DNA of 62,077 nt, counting the filler. It is 7 parts of 7 records of this genome, joined end to end, with 100 filler letters (N's around TTAATTAATTAA, not from the genome) between each part and the next. Parts side by side here need not be neighbours in the genome. Positions count along the whole stretch, not along the records: positions 8,994 to 18,792 come from SRR31147125_4627; positions 18,893 to 31,110 come from SRR31147125_4657; 5 more parts are not named here. One strand, given 5' to 3'. The notes beneath the pieces were generated by a model. That model did no database searches. It was not told where the DNA came from and was given only the letters and a program-made list of their open reading frames with translations. A program made the translations under genes and the position numbers. Of the stretch, positions 10,069 to 20,621 are shown piece after piece. The first letter of the stretch is position 1. The number at the start of each line of letters is the position of its first letter.

Positions 10069-11601
10069 ATGGATGCTATGCTTAAAGGTTTATTAGAAAT
10101 TTTGTCTTTTACAAATATTCTAATTATGCTTGGTTCTTTGTGTTTAGGAATGGTTGTAGGGTGTATTCCTGGTTTAACAGTATCATTAGGAATAATTTTA
10201 TTATTACCTCTTACTTATTCATTTGATAATGGAGCTACGGCAATTATTGCGTTACTTGCTGTTTATGTAGGCGGAATGTACGGTGGGTCAATTAGTGCTA
10301 TTTTATTAAATACACCTGGAACAAATGCTGCAATTGTAACATGTTTTGATGGATACCCTCTATCTAAAAAAGGAAAAGTAAAAAAAGCTTTAGATGTTTC
10401 TCTTTACGCTTCTTGTATTGGAGGAGTTCTTGGAGCTATTCTTCTCTTATTTACATCTGAGCCTATTGCAAAATTAGTATCTGTTTTTACATCGACTGAG
10501 TATTTTGCCTTAGCCGTTCTAGGACTTTCACTTATTGCAGGTGTTAGTGGCGACAGTATGCTTAAAGGTATCATTGGAGGACTTCTTGGAATATTTATAT
10601 CTATTATTGGTATAGATACCGTAACGGGAGTTAATCGATTTTCTTTTGATACGATGCTTCTATATCAAGGGTTAACTATTATGCCTGCCATGATTGCTAT
10701 GATTGCACTAATTCAAATAATGGAAAAATCGAAAGATTATATTAACTCTGGTGGAAATATTGGAAAAATGGCAAAAATTGATAAAGAAGGTATCACAAAC
10801 AAAGAGAGGAAAGCCCTTATACCAGCAATTTTAAAAACAATAGGAATTTCCTCTATTATAGGAGTTATGCCTGGTGTTGGTGGAGGTGTCTCACAATTCC
10901 TTTGTTATAATGAGGCTAAACGTTCATCTAAACATCCTGAAGAATTTGGAAAAGGTAGTCTAGAAGGTATTGCAGCAGCGGAAGCAAGTAACAATACTAT
11001 TGTTGGAACAGCACTGATACCTCTTCTTACTCTTGGTATCCCTGGTGATGGAGTAACTGCTTTATTACTAGGTGCATTCATATTACACGGTATTGTTCCA
11101 GGGCCAACAATGTTTACTAAGCAAGCAGTTGAAGCGTATACTATTATCTTTGGAGTAGTTGCTGCAAACTTCTTACTTTACTTTGTAGCTTTGGTATTCA
11201 CCAGACAAGTTGCTAAGATAGTACAAGTTAGATATAGCTACTTAGGACCAATTATTACTGCGTTTTGTTTTGCTGGAACTTATGCAGCAAACGGTTCAAT
11301 TTATGAAGTGATATTAATGATGGTAGTATTAGCATTTACTTATATTTTAATTAAGCTGGATATATCAGTTATTCCAATAATGCTTGGTATGATCTTAGCT
11401 CCAATTGTAGAGAAAAATTTTGTTAATAGTATGACTATCTACGATAATGATATATTGATTTTCTTCAAGCGTCCAATGTCATTTGTAATTCTTATTTTAG
11501 CTGTGATACTTACTTACTCATTTATTAAAGTTAACAAAAGAGTTTCTAATATGGAAAAAGAGATGGAAGAAAAAATAGCATTAGAAGCTACTGCAAAATA
11601 A
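10069..11601 (+). CDS. tctA: TTT large membrane subunit
   Basis: GGMYGGSISAILLNTPGT, DGYPL, EASNN, IPLLTLGIPG. Confidence 0.95.
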   Translation: MDAMLKGLLEILSFTNILIMLGSLCLGMVVGCIPGLTVSLGIILLLPLTYSFDNGATAIIALLAVYVGGMYGGSISAILLNTPGTNAAIVTCFDGYPLSKKGKVKKALDVSLYASCIGGVLGAILLLFTSEPIAKLVSVFTSTEYFALAVLGLSLIAGVSGDSMLKGIIGGLLGIFISIIGIDTVTGVNRFSFDTMLLYQGLTIMPAMIAMIALIQIMEKSKDYINSGGNIGKMAKIDKEGITNKERKALIPAILKTIGISSIIGVMPGVGGGVSQFLCYNEAKRSSKHPEEFGKGSLEGIAAAEASNNTIVGTALIPLLTLGIPGDGVTALLLGAFILHGIVPGPTMFTKQAVEAYTIIFGVVAANFLLYFVALVFTRQVAKIVQVRYSYLGPIITAFCFAGTYAANGSIYEVILMMVVLAFTYILIKLDISVIPIMLGMILAPIVEKNFVNSMTIYDNDILIFFKRPMSFVILILAVILTYSFIKVNKRVSNMEKEMEEKIALEATAK

Positions 11602-11651
11602 TTAATATTTATAAAAAACACAACATTAAAAATAAAATAATAAAGGAGTTA

Positions 11652-12998
11652 ATGAAAATGAAAAACTTTAAAGCTTTATATATACCTATAGGAGTTCCTA
11701 CATTTCATAAAGAAAGTATTGATCAGCAATTTGATCTGTCTGTTGATTTAATGAAACAACTTTCTTCTGATATTGAATGTCCAAAAACTCCTTTACTGAC
11801 TATACCTGATTTACTTATATTTTTAGAAGATAAACAGTGCGATTTAATTATTCTTCAAAATAATGCATTTGCTAATTCCGAATATACTGCAGAAATTTTA
11901 AGAAGAATAGATGCAGATGTACTTTTATGGACTTTGCAAGAACCTATAATAGATGGAGGACGTTTAAGATTAAATTCTTTAACTGGAGCTTATTCTGCTG
12001 GGAATTTAATGCATCATTTAGGAAAAACAAATTTTGAATATATTTGGGGATCACCCATTGAAGAAGAAGTTATCAATAAAATTAAATCAGTTGTAGCTGC
12101 TTCAAAACTAAAAAAAGATTTAAGATCAATGACTTTAGCTTCAATAGGACATACTCCTCAAGGTTTTGGATTTGGAAGAGGTATTGATGCAGAAATTTTA
12201 CATTATTTTGGAATGAAACATATAGCTATTGAAGCTAGAGAATTAATGCAAAATGCAAAAAAACTTACTGATGAAGAGTTAACAACTTATAAGGAAGAAG
12301 CAGAAAAGAAAATGCTTAACTTAAAAAACATTCCAGAAAATAATGTTTCTGATTTTGTACGTTTATATAAAGCCTATTGGGATTTTATTAAAGAAAATAA
12401 TGTTTCTGCAATATCTTCGAGATGTTGGCCAGATTTCTTTGTAGATTTTGGAACTCCGGTATGTGGTGTATTAGGACTTTTAAATGATAATTTACTACCG
12501 GCATCATGCGAATCAGATGCTTACGGAGCTATTTCAATGCTAATAGGAATGAAATTCTCAGGAGAAAGTGTTTTTTTTGGAGATCCTGTTTCATTAGATA
12601 AAAATGATAATACTGTTACTTTTTGGCATTGTGGAACAGCAGCTTGTAGTCTAGCTCATCCAAGTAAAGGAGCTCAAACAGGAGTTCATCCTAATAGAAA
12701 AATTGGTCCTACTATGGAATTTGGTTGTAAACCTTCTAAAGAAGCTACAGTTTTTAGAATTGGAAGAAAACCAGATGGTTCAATACGTTTCTTCATAGCA
12801 TCAGGTAAAATACTTGATAAAGAACAACAATTTTTAGGAACATCTTTAGTATTTGAAAGCGAAAATCCATCTATTGATTTAGTAAATCAAAGTGTAAAAG
12901 ATGGTTGGGAACCTCATTTTATTGTTTCTTATAAGAATATAAAAGAGGAATTAATTGTTTTAGGTAAATTTTTAAATGCTGAAATATACGAATATTAA
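11652..12998 (+). CDS. L-fucose/L-arabinose isomerase family protein
   Basis: RLNSLTGA, SRCWPDF, PASCESD, FWHCG, GWEPH. Confidence 0.8.
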   Translation: MKMKNFKALYIPIGVPTFHKESIDQQFDLSVDLMKQLSSDIECPKTPLLTIPDLLIFLEDKQCDLIILQNNAFANSEYTAEILRRIDADVLLWTLQEPIIDGGRLRLNSLTGAYSAGNLMHHLGKTNFEYIWGSPIEEEVINKIKSVVAASKLKKDLRSMTLASIGHTPQGFGFGRGIDAEILHYFGMKHIAIEARELMQNAKKLTDEELTTYKEEAEKKMLNLKNIPENNVSDFVRLYKAYWDFIKENNVSAISSRCWPDFFVDFGTPVCGVLGLLNDNLLPASCESDAYGAISMLIGMKFSGESVFFGDPVSLDKNDNTVTFWHCGTAACSLAHPSKGAQTGVHPNRKIGPTMEFGCKPSKEATVFRIGRKPDGSIRFFIASGKILDKEQQFLGTSLVFESENPSIDLVNQSVKDGWEPHFIVSYKNIKEELIVLGKFLNAEIYEY

Positions 12999-13104
12999 AA
13001 AATCTAATAGATATATTACTATTTTTTCTTAAGTACTCTTACTAAGATATTTTAAAACTAGGATTAAATTATGAAATCTATTTATATTAAACAAGGAGAA
13101 CCAC

Positions 13105-14193
13105 ATGAAAAGAGAAGAGGATTTTTTATATAAAATTGATGCAATCAGAAATATTTTAAAAAGTCATAATTTTGATTGTGTAGAGATAAAATCTCAAGCT
13201 AATTTTAGCTTTATAACACGCGGGAGAGGATTTATCGGGCTTGCTTCTGTAATAGCTTGTGGAACTCTTTTTATAACTGATAATAATATTTACCTTGTTA
13301 CAGAAAATATAGAAGCTGAACGCCTTCACCGTGAGCAATTAAATACAAATCCTTTTATAAAAATTTTACAATATCCATGGAATGAACCTAACAAAAGAGA
13401 AATAATTGTAAGAAAAATTAACAATGGTTTAAAAATGGCAACTGAGAAGGATTTTGAGCAAGAATTTTTTAATTTAAGAACTCTAATCACTCCTTATGAT
13501 CAATCTGACTATAAAGAACTTGGTAAAGAGTGTGCAATTATTATTGAAAATATCTGTAAAAATCTAAAAAAAGATATTAGTGAGTATGAACTTGCTGGAA
13601 AAATTGCAAAGCAATTTTGGAGTAATAATATTGAACCTATTACTACTCTAATAGCTTTTGATAAAAGAGCTCTTCAATATAGACATCCCGTTATGACAGA
13701 TAATCGTTTAGAAAACTATGCACTTATAAGTATCTGTGGTAGAAGGAATGGATTAATTGTATCCCTTAGTAGAAGTGTACTTATCAATAGTGATTTGGAA
13801 ATAATTGAAAAACATAATAAATGTGCTATGGTTAATGCCACACTCTTGAATGAATTAAAAATAGATAATTCTATTGAAAATATATTCCAACATTGTATTG
13901 AGCAATATTCAAAACAAGGTTATCCACTTGAATACAAGGAACATCATCAAGGAGGGCTAACAGGTTTTGTATCCAGAGAATTAAAAATTAATAAAGGATG
14001 TCTGCATAAAGTAAGAGAAAATGAAGTATATGCATTCAACCCTACTATTCAAGGTACAAAATGTGAAGAAACTGTTCTTGTAACCAAAAATGGATTTGAA
14101 ACGATGACTTATACCGGAACCTATACTTATCTTCAATGTAATATTAATGAAAAAACATTCATCATGCCATCGGTATATGTAATCAATAAATAA
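13105..14193 (+). CDS. M24 (pita-bread fold) hydrolase, HHQGG subfamily
   Basis: NIEAERL, SEYELAG, YRHP, HHQGGLTG..SRE, AFNPTIQGTKCEET. Confidence 0.8.
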   Translation: MKREEDFLYKIDAIRNILKSHNFDCVEIKSQANFSFITRGRGFIGLASVIACGTLFITDNNIYLVTENIEAERLHREQLNTNPFIKILQYPWNEPNKREIIVRKINNGLKMATEKDFEQEFFNLRTLITPYDQSDYKELGKECAIIIENICKNLKKDISEYELAGKIAKQFWSNNIEPITTLIAFDKRALQYRHPVMTDNRLENYALISICGRRNGLIVSLSRSVLINSDLEIIEKHNKCAMVNATLLNELKIDNSIENIFQHCIEQYSKQGYPLEYKEHHQGGLTGFVSRELKINKGCLHKVRENEVYAFNPTIQGTKCEETVLVTKNGFETMTYTGTYTYLQCNINEKTFIMPSVYVINK

Positions 14194-14206
14194 CGGAGGA
14201 AACAAA

Positions 14207-15559
14207 ATGAAAAATGAAAGAATGAAACTCGGATTATTAACCATGTCCATTGGAGGTATGATTGGATGGGGAGCGTTTATGCAGCCTGGTTTAATGTTCT
14301 TACCTAAAGCTGGAATGTTGAATACAATAATTGGAATGTTTATAGGATTAATTATGGTTTCCACAATTGCAGCTTGTTATGGAATTATACTTAATAAATC
14401 TCCAAATTCAACAGGGGGAGAATATTCATATAGCAAATTAGCATTTAATAAGAAACATAATTTTGTTGTAGGTTGGTTTTTAATAATTGTATTTATTGGT
14501 ATCGCAGCATTAAACGTAACATCTTTTGCATTAATTTTCAAAAATGTACTTTTTCCTGATACTGATTTTATTACAATGTATTCTGTTGCCGGTTCGCCTG
14601 TTACATTAGGTGAAGTTATAATAAGTATTTTAGTTGTAATTGTATTTACATATTTTATGATAAAGGGTATAAATGCTGTTATTACTGTACAGAATGTTGT
14701 TACCATTGCACTAATCATTATTGTACTTTCTATATTTTTTATTACTTTCAGTAAGGTAGACTTGGCAACTACTCCTTTAATAGGACATTTTGATACGGGG
14801 AGAATTAATTTAAATGGCATTATCGCTATTTTAGTAATTACACCTTGGGCTTATTACGGAGTATCAACTATACCGAAAGTGGCCAGTGAAGCTAACTTGC
14901 CTTATAAACAAGTTATAATAATTACAATAGTATCGTTGATCTCAGGATATTTCATTTATCAAATGTTACTCTTGCTTACGGGAGTTGTATTTTCAGAACA
15001 AGATTTCATAGGATTTAATGGCTGGGCAACTGGAGATGCCATTAAAGCGTTATATGGAAAAGTAGGGTTATTGTTTATAACCGCAGGATTATCATTTGCT
15101 ATATTTTCAGGAATAAATGGTTTTTATATGGGTGCAATTCGTGTTATGTCAAGTATGAGTGAAGATGGTCTTTTATCAAAAAAATTTTCAGCTAAACATG
15201 AAAAATATAGTACACCATATAATTCTATTTTTTTTACCATGCTAGTAATTATGTCAGCACCATTTTTCGGAAGAAAAGTTTTAGCATGGATTGTAGGAAT
15301 GTCAGCTTTAGGAGGAGCACTTGTATTTTTATATACAGCTCTTACAGCGTATAAAATAAGTAGTGGAATAGAAAAAAAAGTTGGTTTAATTGCAACTATT
15401 TTTAGTAGTATCTTTTTACTGTTATTAATTATTCCTGCTTCACCTGGATTTTTATCTATACAATCTATTATAGCTCTAATATTATGGTCGCTATTAGGTG
15501 TTATATTTTTCTTAATCGACACTCAAAAGAATCATGTTAACGTTAAAAATGAAATATAA
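14207..15559 (+). CDS. APC-family amino acid/polyamine permease
   Basis: GGMIGWGAF (TM1), GGEYSY, PWAYYG, about 12 TM helices. Confidence 0.88.
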   Translation: MKNERMKLGLLTMSIGGMIGWGAFMQPGLMFLPKAGMLNTIIGMFIGLIMVSTIAACYGIILNKSPNSTGGEYSYSKLAFNKKHNFVVGWFLIIVFIGIAALNVTSFALIFKNVLFPDTDFITMYSVAGSPVTLGEVIISILVVIVFTYFMIKGINAVITVQNVVTIALIIIVLSIFFITFSKVDLATTPLIGHFDTGRINLNGIIAILVITPWAYYGVSTIPKVASEANLPYKQVIIITIVSLISGYFIYQMLLLLTGVVFSEQDFIGFNGWATGDAIKALYGKVGLLFITAGLSFAIFSGINGFYMGAIRVMSSMSEDGLLSKKFSAKHEKYSTPYNSIFFTMLVIMSAPFFGRKVLAWIVGMSALGGALVFLYTALTAYKISSGIEKKVGLIATIFSSIFLLLLIIPASPGFLSIQSIIALILWSLLGVIFFLIDTQKNHVNVKNEI

Positions 15560-15582
15560 ATTCTGCTTCTGAAAGGAAATAT

Positions 15583-16434
15583 ATGAAAATAATAAATTTT
15601 AAAACAAAACTAAACAAAGGTTTTGGAATTCTTGAAAATAATCAGATACTTACTACAAAAGGGTTAATGTCAGTTCAAAACTTCTCAAATTTACTTATAG
15701 AACTTGATAAAATACAAAGTGCAGAGGAAGTTGACAAGATATATATAACATTAGATACTATTACTTATCTTCCTCCTGTTTTACCTGTAAATAATATATT
15801 TTGTGTAGGAAAAAATTACTACGACCATATAGTTGAGTTTGACGGATCAGATGCTGATGTAAATAATGTTAAAGAAAACCCTGTCTTTTTTACAAAAGCA
15901 AAAACAAGCCTTACAAGTCATCTATCATCTATTGAAAGTCACCCTAATGTTACGAAACAATTAGATTACGAGGCTGAACTTGCAGTTGTCATAAAAAAAA
16001 CATGTAAAAATATATCAAGAGATGAAGCCAAGGATTATATTCATAGTTATGTTATTCTTAATGACATTACTGCAAGAGACCTCCAAAAACAACACCAACA
16101 ATGGTTTAAAGGAAAAAGTTTAGATACTTTCTGTCCCATTGGTCCGTATTTAGTAACTGCTGATGAAATCAATAATCCTCAAGATTTAAACATAACTTTA
16201 AAAGTAAATGAAGAGATCCGTCAACAAGCTAATACCTCTTTAATGATACACGATATTTATTCATTGATAGAACAATTTTCAAAAGGATTAACTCTTCAGG
16301 CTGGCGATATTATTGCTACAGGAACACCTAGTGGTGTTGGTGTTGGAATGAATCCTCCAACATACTTAAGTAAAGGAGATGTTATAGAAATAACAATCGA
16401 TCAACTTGGAAGTCTTGTAAATAATATTAAATAA
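15583..16434 (+). CDS. Fumarylacetoacetate hydrolase family protein
   Basis: CVGKNYYDH, LDYEAEL, NDITARDLQ, GKSLDTFCPIGP, GDIIATGTP. Confidence 0.92.
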   Translation: MKIINFKTKLNKGFGILENNQILTTKGLMSVQNFSNLLIELDKIQSAEEVDKIYITLDTITYLPPVLPVNNIFCVGKNYYDHIVEFDGSDADVNNVKENPVFFTKAKTSLTSHLSSIESHPNVTKQLDYEAELAVVIKKTCKNISRDEAKDYIHSYVILNDITARDLQKQHQQWFKGKSLDTFCPIGPYLVTADEINNPQDLNITLKVNEEIRQQANTSLMIHDIYSLIEQFSKGLTLQAGDIIATGTPSGVGVGMNPPTYLSKGDVIEITIDQLGSLVNNIK

Positions 16435-16462
16435 TAAATAGTTTATAAAGAGAGGATATATC

Positions 16463-17260
16463 ATGAAAAAAGTTTTATTATTAATTTTTATACTCACAAA
16501 CTTAGTCAGCTACACGCAAGATAAAAAAACTATCGAACTTAACTTAGCTTCATTTAAAAATAAATCTCATGAGTACTATTATGAGCTTTTAACAAAATCA
16601 TTGGAAAACATTGGATACCAAGTAATAATAAATTCTCAAAAAGAGATGCCTCAAACAAGAATAACAGAATCTCTTAAATCTGGAATTTTAACTCTTCATT
16701 GGTATGTTGGTTCTGCAGAAAAAGATAATACATATGTCCCTGTGGAAGTTAATTTAACTAATAACTTAATTGGTCATCGAATCTTATTTATAAAAAAAGG
16801 AGATCAAGCTTCTTTCAATGACATTAAGAATTTGAGTGACTTAAGTAATTCAAAAAAAATAGGTGGATTTGGTAAAAATTGGTTTGACGTAAATGTTTGG
16901 AAATTAAATAATTTAAAATATAAAGAACAACCTGCAGACTGGAGACATTTATATAAAATGGTTGGTTCTGGAGATAGAGGTATTGACTATTTTTCAAGAG
17001 GAGTTATAGAAATATTACCTGAATATAGTCGACATAAAGATTATTTAGACATTGAACAAAATTTGCTGCTAATATATGATAGAGATTTCAAATTTTATTT
17101 AAGCAAAAAAGACATTGATAAAAAAGAGATTTTAGAAAAAGCGTTGACTAAAGCTAAAAAAGATGGATTAATTGATGAATTAGTTCGTAAATATTGGAAA
17201 GAGGATTTTGAAAAATTAAATATTAATAATCGAATTAAAATTAAACTCCAAACTCCTTAA
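16463..17260 (+). CDS. Orphan periplasmic substrate-binding-fold protein
   Basis: Signal peptide, LIGHRILFI, GKNWFD, RGIDYFSRG. No adjacent permease. Confidence 0.65.
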   Translation: MKKVLLLIFILTNLVSYTQDKKTIELNLASFKNKSHEYYYELLTKSLENIGYQVIINSQKEMPQTRITESLKSGILTLHWYVGSAEKDNTYVPVEVNLTNNLIGHRILFIKKGDQASFNDIKNLSDLSNSKKIGGFGKNWFDVNVWKLNNLKYKEQPADWRHLYKMVGSGDRGIDYFSRGVIEILPEYSRHKDYLDIEQNLLLIYDRDFKFYLSKKDIDKKEILEKALTKAKKDGLIDELVRKYWKEDFEKLNINNRIKIKLQTP

Positions 17261-17274
17261 ATTCAAATAAATAA

Positions 17275-17324
17275 GGGAAAGCCTATACTGGTTATAAAAT
17301 CAGTATAGGCTTTCTCCTGTTTAT
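17275..17324. terminator. Intrinsic terminator between convergent genes, possibly bidirectional
   Basis: GGGAAAGCCTATACTG...CAGTATAGGCTTTCTC stem followed by a T-rich tail. Confidence 0.8.
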
Positions 17325-18520
17325 TTATTCTTGTAAAACTCCACCATTTTCATAAAAGGTTTTTTTTATTGCTAAAAATATAGCTCCAAGATCTTTAGGA
17401 AAAAATTTATCTTTACTAATTTCAATTCGATTAAAATCAAATGAATTATCATAACTTAAAAAACTTTTCTTCAATAATTGTCTGAAAAAGCTATCATTAA
17501 AAATCTTTCCATAAAGAATGACCTTTTCATAGTCCATTACTATTAATAAATTTAATAATAATTTTGCTAAACTAGAAGTAATTTCTTCTAGTTCTTTTAT
17601 TATATATTCTTCCCCTTTTTTAGCTGCAATTAAAATATCATCTATATCTATATTTAAACCACTATTTGTTTTTTTACTAATTTCAGAATCTGGATTATTT
17701 TTAGATTTTTTCTTAATTCTTGTAATCACGTTTTCAATATCTATATAATTTTCTAAACAACCTTTTTTTCCACATACTTTACATTTTTCTTCGCTATTTT
17801 CGTTTACAATTGTATGTCCTATTTCACCAGCAAAATCGTGACTGCCATAAATAATTTGTTTATTATAAATAATGCTACTTCCTATACCAGGTCCATACTT
17901 AACAAATAAAAAATAGCTCAATTCTTTATAAAAAAACATTTCACTTAATGCTAATGCACGAACATTATTATCAAGTATTACTGTCTTTTTAAATTTATTT
18001 TCAAAATAATCAACAACATTTATCTCTTTCCCATTTATGGTTATTTTCTTTTCTTGAGGATCAACATAACCATACATCCCTATACCTATTCCGCTGATTT
18101 TTTTAAAGAGATTTTATTGTTGTAAAGAATTTCTTCTATTTTTAAAGAAAATTCCTCTAGTTGTTCTTCTCTTATAAAGGTTTCTAATTCAAATATCTCA
18201 ACAATATCTCCTTCTAAATTAGACAAAGCTATTAACGTTTCATTTTTTTCAAAATTAATTCCTATCACATATCGACTATTATAATCTATATCTAAAAGTA
18301 TTTTCTTTCTTCCTACTTTATTTTCATTAACCTCTCCTACTTGATATAATATTTTTTCCTGTAACATATCAGTAGTTATCAAAGTTAACGCTGCTGGTGT
18401 TAGATTTATTTTTTTCGCAAGATCTTTTCTCGACATTGCTCCATGTTGTTCTAAAATCTCTAAAATAAGTTGTCTATTATTATTCTTCATATTTTTTATG
18501 TTTAGACCTTTTGTTTTCAT
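17325..18520 (-). CDS. ROK-family transcriptional regulator, frameshift near 18095-18108
   Basis: N-terminal HTH (SRKDLAKKINLTPAALT, GRKK). ROK core DNNVRALALSE, GIGSSI, GEIGH, CKVCGKKGCLE. Confidence 0.88.
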
Positions 18521-18792
18521 AAATTCACTCTCCAAACTTAATACTTTTTTACTAATTTATAACTTTGTATTTTTTAGTTTTAATGTATTCTATCATAGTT
18601 AATTCAAGATAACAATATAAGCTTTATTAGTCTAATAAAAATAATTTTCCTCTTAGTTTATCGTATACAAAACTTGATATTGAGCTTAAATAATATTCAC
18701 TCAATAAATTAATATGCTTTAAAGATTTCTCAGGATAAGTAGTATTTCAAATAAATCTCTCCTTTCAGAAATAGGGTATTATAATATTATAA

Positions 18793-18892
18793 NNNNNNNN
18801 NNNNNNNNNNNNNNNNNNNNNNNNNNNNNNNNNNNNTTAATTAATTAANNNNNNNNNNNNNNNNNNNNNNNNNNNNNNNNNNNNNNNNNNNN
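18793..18892. other. Artificial contig linker
   Basis: N44-TTAATTAATTAA-N44. Confidence 0.99.
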
Positions 18893-19990
18893 CCAGTAGT
18901 TACTATTGTTATCGGTATTCTTTGTGCTTTTGGTTTTGCTGGTGGTTTCAGTGATTTCTCTATGGGACTCTATGGTGTTGGTTTTGCCGCTGTGGGTATG
19001 CTTGCTACACTTGGTTTCTCGCTCGCTACCGATGCTTACGGTCTGATTGCTGATAATGCTGGTGGTAACGCAGAGATGAGTGAGCTTGATCCGTCTGTGC
19101 GTGAAAAAACCGATGCTCTGGATATGCTTGGCAATACTACAGCAGCTATCGGTAAAGGCTTTGCTATCGGTTCAGCTGCTCTCACAGCTATGGCTCTTCT
19201 TGCAGCATATCTAGAAGAAGTTCGCATCTGGATCAGACATCTGGCTGAACCTCTAGGGTATCACCAGATCGATGATGTTGTTTTCTATATTAAAAACATC
19301 CCTGAGAAAGTTGCTGAATCAGTAACAACTGTAAAAATTGTTGAAGCAACAGTTGCTGATTTTGTACAGGCTTATGGTCTTGATGTAATGAACCCAAAAT
19401 TGCTATGTGGTGTCTTTATCGGTGCAATGATGGCGTTTGTCTTCTGTGCTATGACAATGAAAGCTGTTGGCCGTGCTGCTGGGGCTATGGTAGAGGAAGT
19501 TCGCAGGCAGTTCAGAGAAATAGCTGGTATTATGGAGAAAAAAGCAAAACCCGACTATGCTCGTTGTGTTGAAATTTCAACCATCGGTGCACAGAAAGAG
19601 ATGCTTGTACCTTCTATTCTTGCTATCGCTGTTCCAGTTGTAGTTGGACTGATACTCGGTGTGACCGGTGTTGTCGGACTGCTTGTTGGTGGGCTTACTA
19701 CAGGCTTTACTCTTGCATGTATGCTCAATAATGCAGGTGGAGCATGGGATAACGCTAAGAAACATATCGAAAAACAGGAAAAAACTACTGACAGTGAAGG
19801 TAATATTATTACTGGTAAAGGATCTGAAGCACATAAAGCTGGTGTTGTCGGAGATACAGTAGGTGACCCATTCAAAGATACATCTTACTCTAGCCTTAAT
19901 ATTCTTATCAAACTTATGAGTATGGTAAGTGTGGTATTTGTCGGTGTTATTGTCAAATACGGTGATCTTATTGATAAAATTATGAATTAA
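18893..19990 (+). CDS. hppA: Membrane-bound ion-translocating pyrophosphatase, K+-dependent type, 5'-truncated
   Basis: ADNAGGNAEM, LDMLGNTTAAIGKG (Ala marks the K+-dependent type), GGAWDNAKK, GDTVGDPFKDTS. Confidence 0.93.
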   Translation, partial: PVVTIVIGILCAFGFAGGFSDFSMGLYGVGFAAVGMLATLGFSLATDAYGLIADNAGGNAEMSELDPSVREKTDALDMLGNTTAAIGKGFAIGSAALTAMALLAAYLEEVRIWIRHLAEPLGYHQIDDVVFYIKNIPEKVAESVTTVKIVEATVADFVQAYGLDVMNPKLLCGVFIGAMMAFVFCAMTMKAVGRAAGAMVEEVRRQFREIAGIMEKKAKPDYARCVEISTIGAQKEMLVPSILAIAVPVVVGLILGVTGVVGLLVGGLTTGFTLACMLNNAGGAWDNAKKHIEKQEKTTDSEGNIITGKGSEAHKAGVVGDTVGDPFKDTSYSSLNILIKLMSMVSVVFVGVIVKYGDLIDKIMN

Positions 19991-20022
19991 TTGATTAATT
20001 AGATTATTAACTTATGTTTATT

Positions 20023-20056
20023 ATAAGACTGACCTTCTGGTCAGTCTTATTTTTTT
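20023..20056 (+). terminator. Intrinsic terminator of hppA
   Basis: ATAAGACTGACC-TTCT-GGTCAGTCTTAT followed by a T run. Confidence 0.88.
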
Positions 20057-20074
20057 AAAAACTTAAAATATAAT

Positions 20075-20111
20075 TTGACAAACCCGAATAGTTTCCTATA
20101 ATTGCAACTAT
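20075..20111 (+). promoter_or_regulatory. Sigma70 promoter of arsR with an overlapping inverted repeat (likely autoregulatory operator)
   Basis: TTGACA-16-TATAAT (20075-20102). ATAGTT...AACTAT palindrome at 20088-20111 covers the -10. Confidence 0.75.
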
Positions 20112-20144
20112 ACAGATTAACACTTAAAAATTTGAGGTAAATTC

Positions 20145-20480
20145 ATGAATATACAACAAAAAAACAATATTGAAGCCAAGGCAAAGATTTTCAAAGCTTT
20201 ATCACACCCAAGCAGAGTCTATATTATTGAAGAGCTCAGTAAGGGAGAGCGTTGTATCTGTGAATTTGCTGAACTTCTTGATATAGATAAATCTACAGTA
20301 TCCAAGCATTTTACAGTACTCAAGAATGCAGAGATTATCTCAACCAGAAAAGAAGGTACATCTGTTCTATGTTCATTGCGACTGCCATGCATCAATAATT
20401 TTTTCAACTGTACAGATGAAATACTTGATGGCAATAGACAAGAAATTACCGAAGCTGATTGTAATTGCTCTTCAAAGTAA
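20145..20480 (+). CDS. ArsR/SmtB metalloregulator
   Basis: FKALSHPSR, ERCICE, STVSKH; Cys-rich C terminus (PC..FFNC, DCNC). Confidence 0.9.
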   Translation: MNIQQKNNIEAKAKIFKALSHPSRVYIIEELSKGERCICEFAELLDIDKSTVSKHFTVLKNAEIISTRKEGTSVLCSLRLPCINNFFNCTDEILDGNRQEITEADCNCSSK

Positions 20481-20621
20481 CCATTAGTTTTATAGGTAAA
20501 TAGTTTATAGAGGCAAATTGTATTTCGATTATTGTTGCCTTTTTGGCAAACTAAGAAACTTTATTAGTCTTATATTGTTTTTATGTTACAAAACTAATAA
20601 CACATAAAAGGGGAAGTTATA

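Noticed and set aside
18600..18770. Possible small minus-strand gene after an AAAGGAGAG RBS near the end of contig 2
   Set aside because: The TTG frame stops after six codons. A longer product needs an assumed indel and has no recognisable features.
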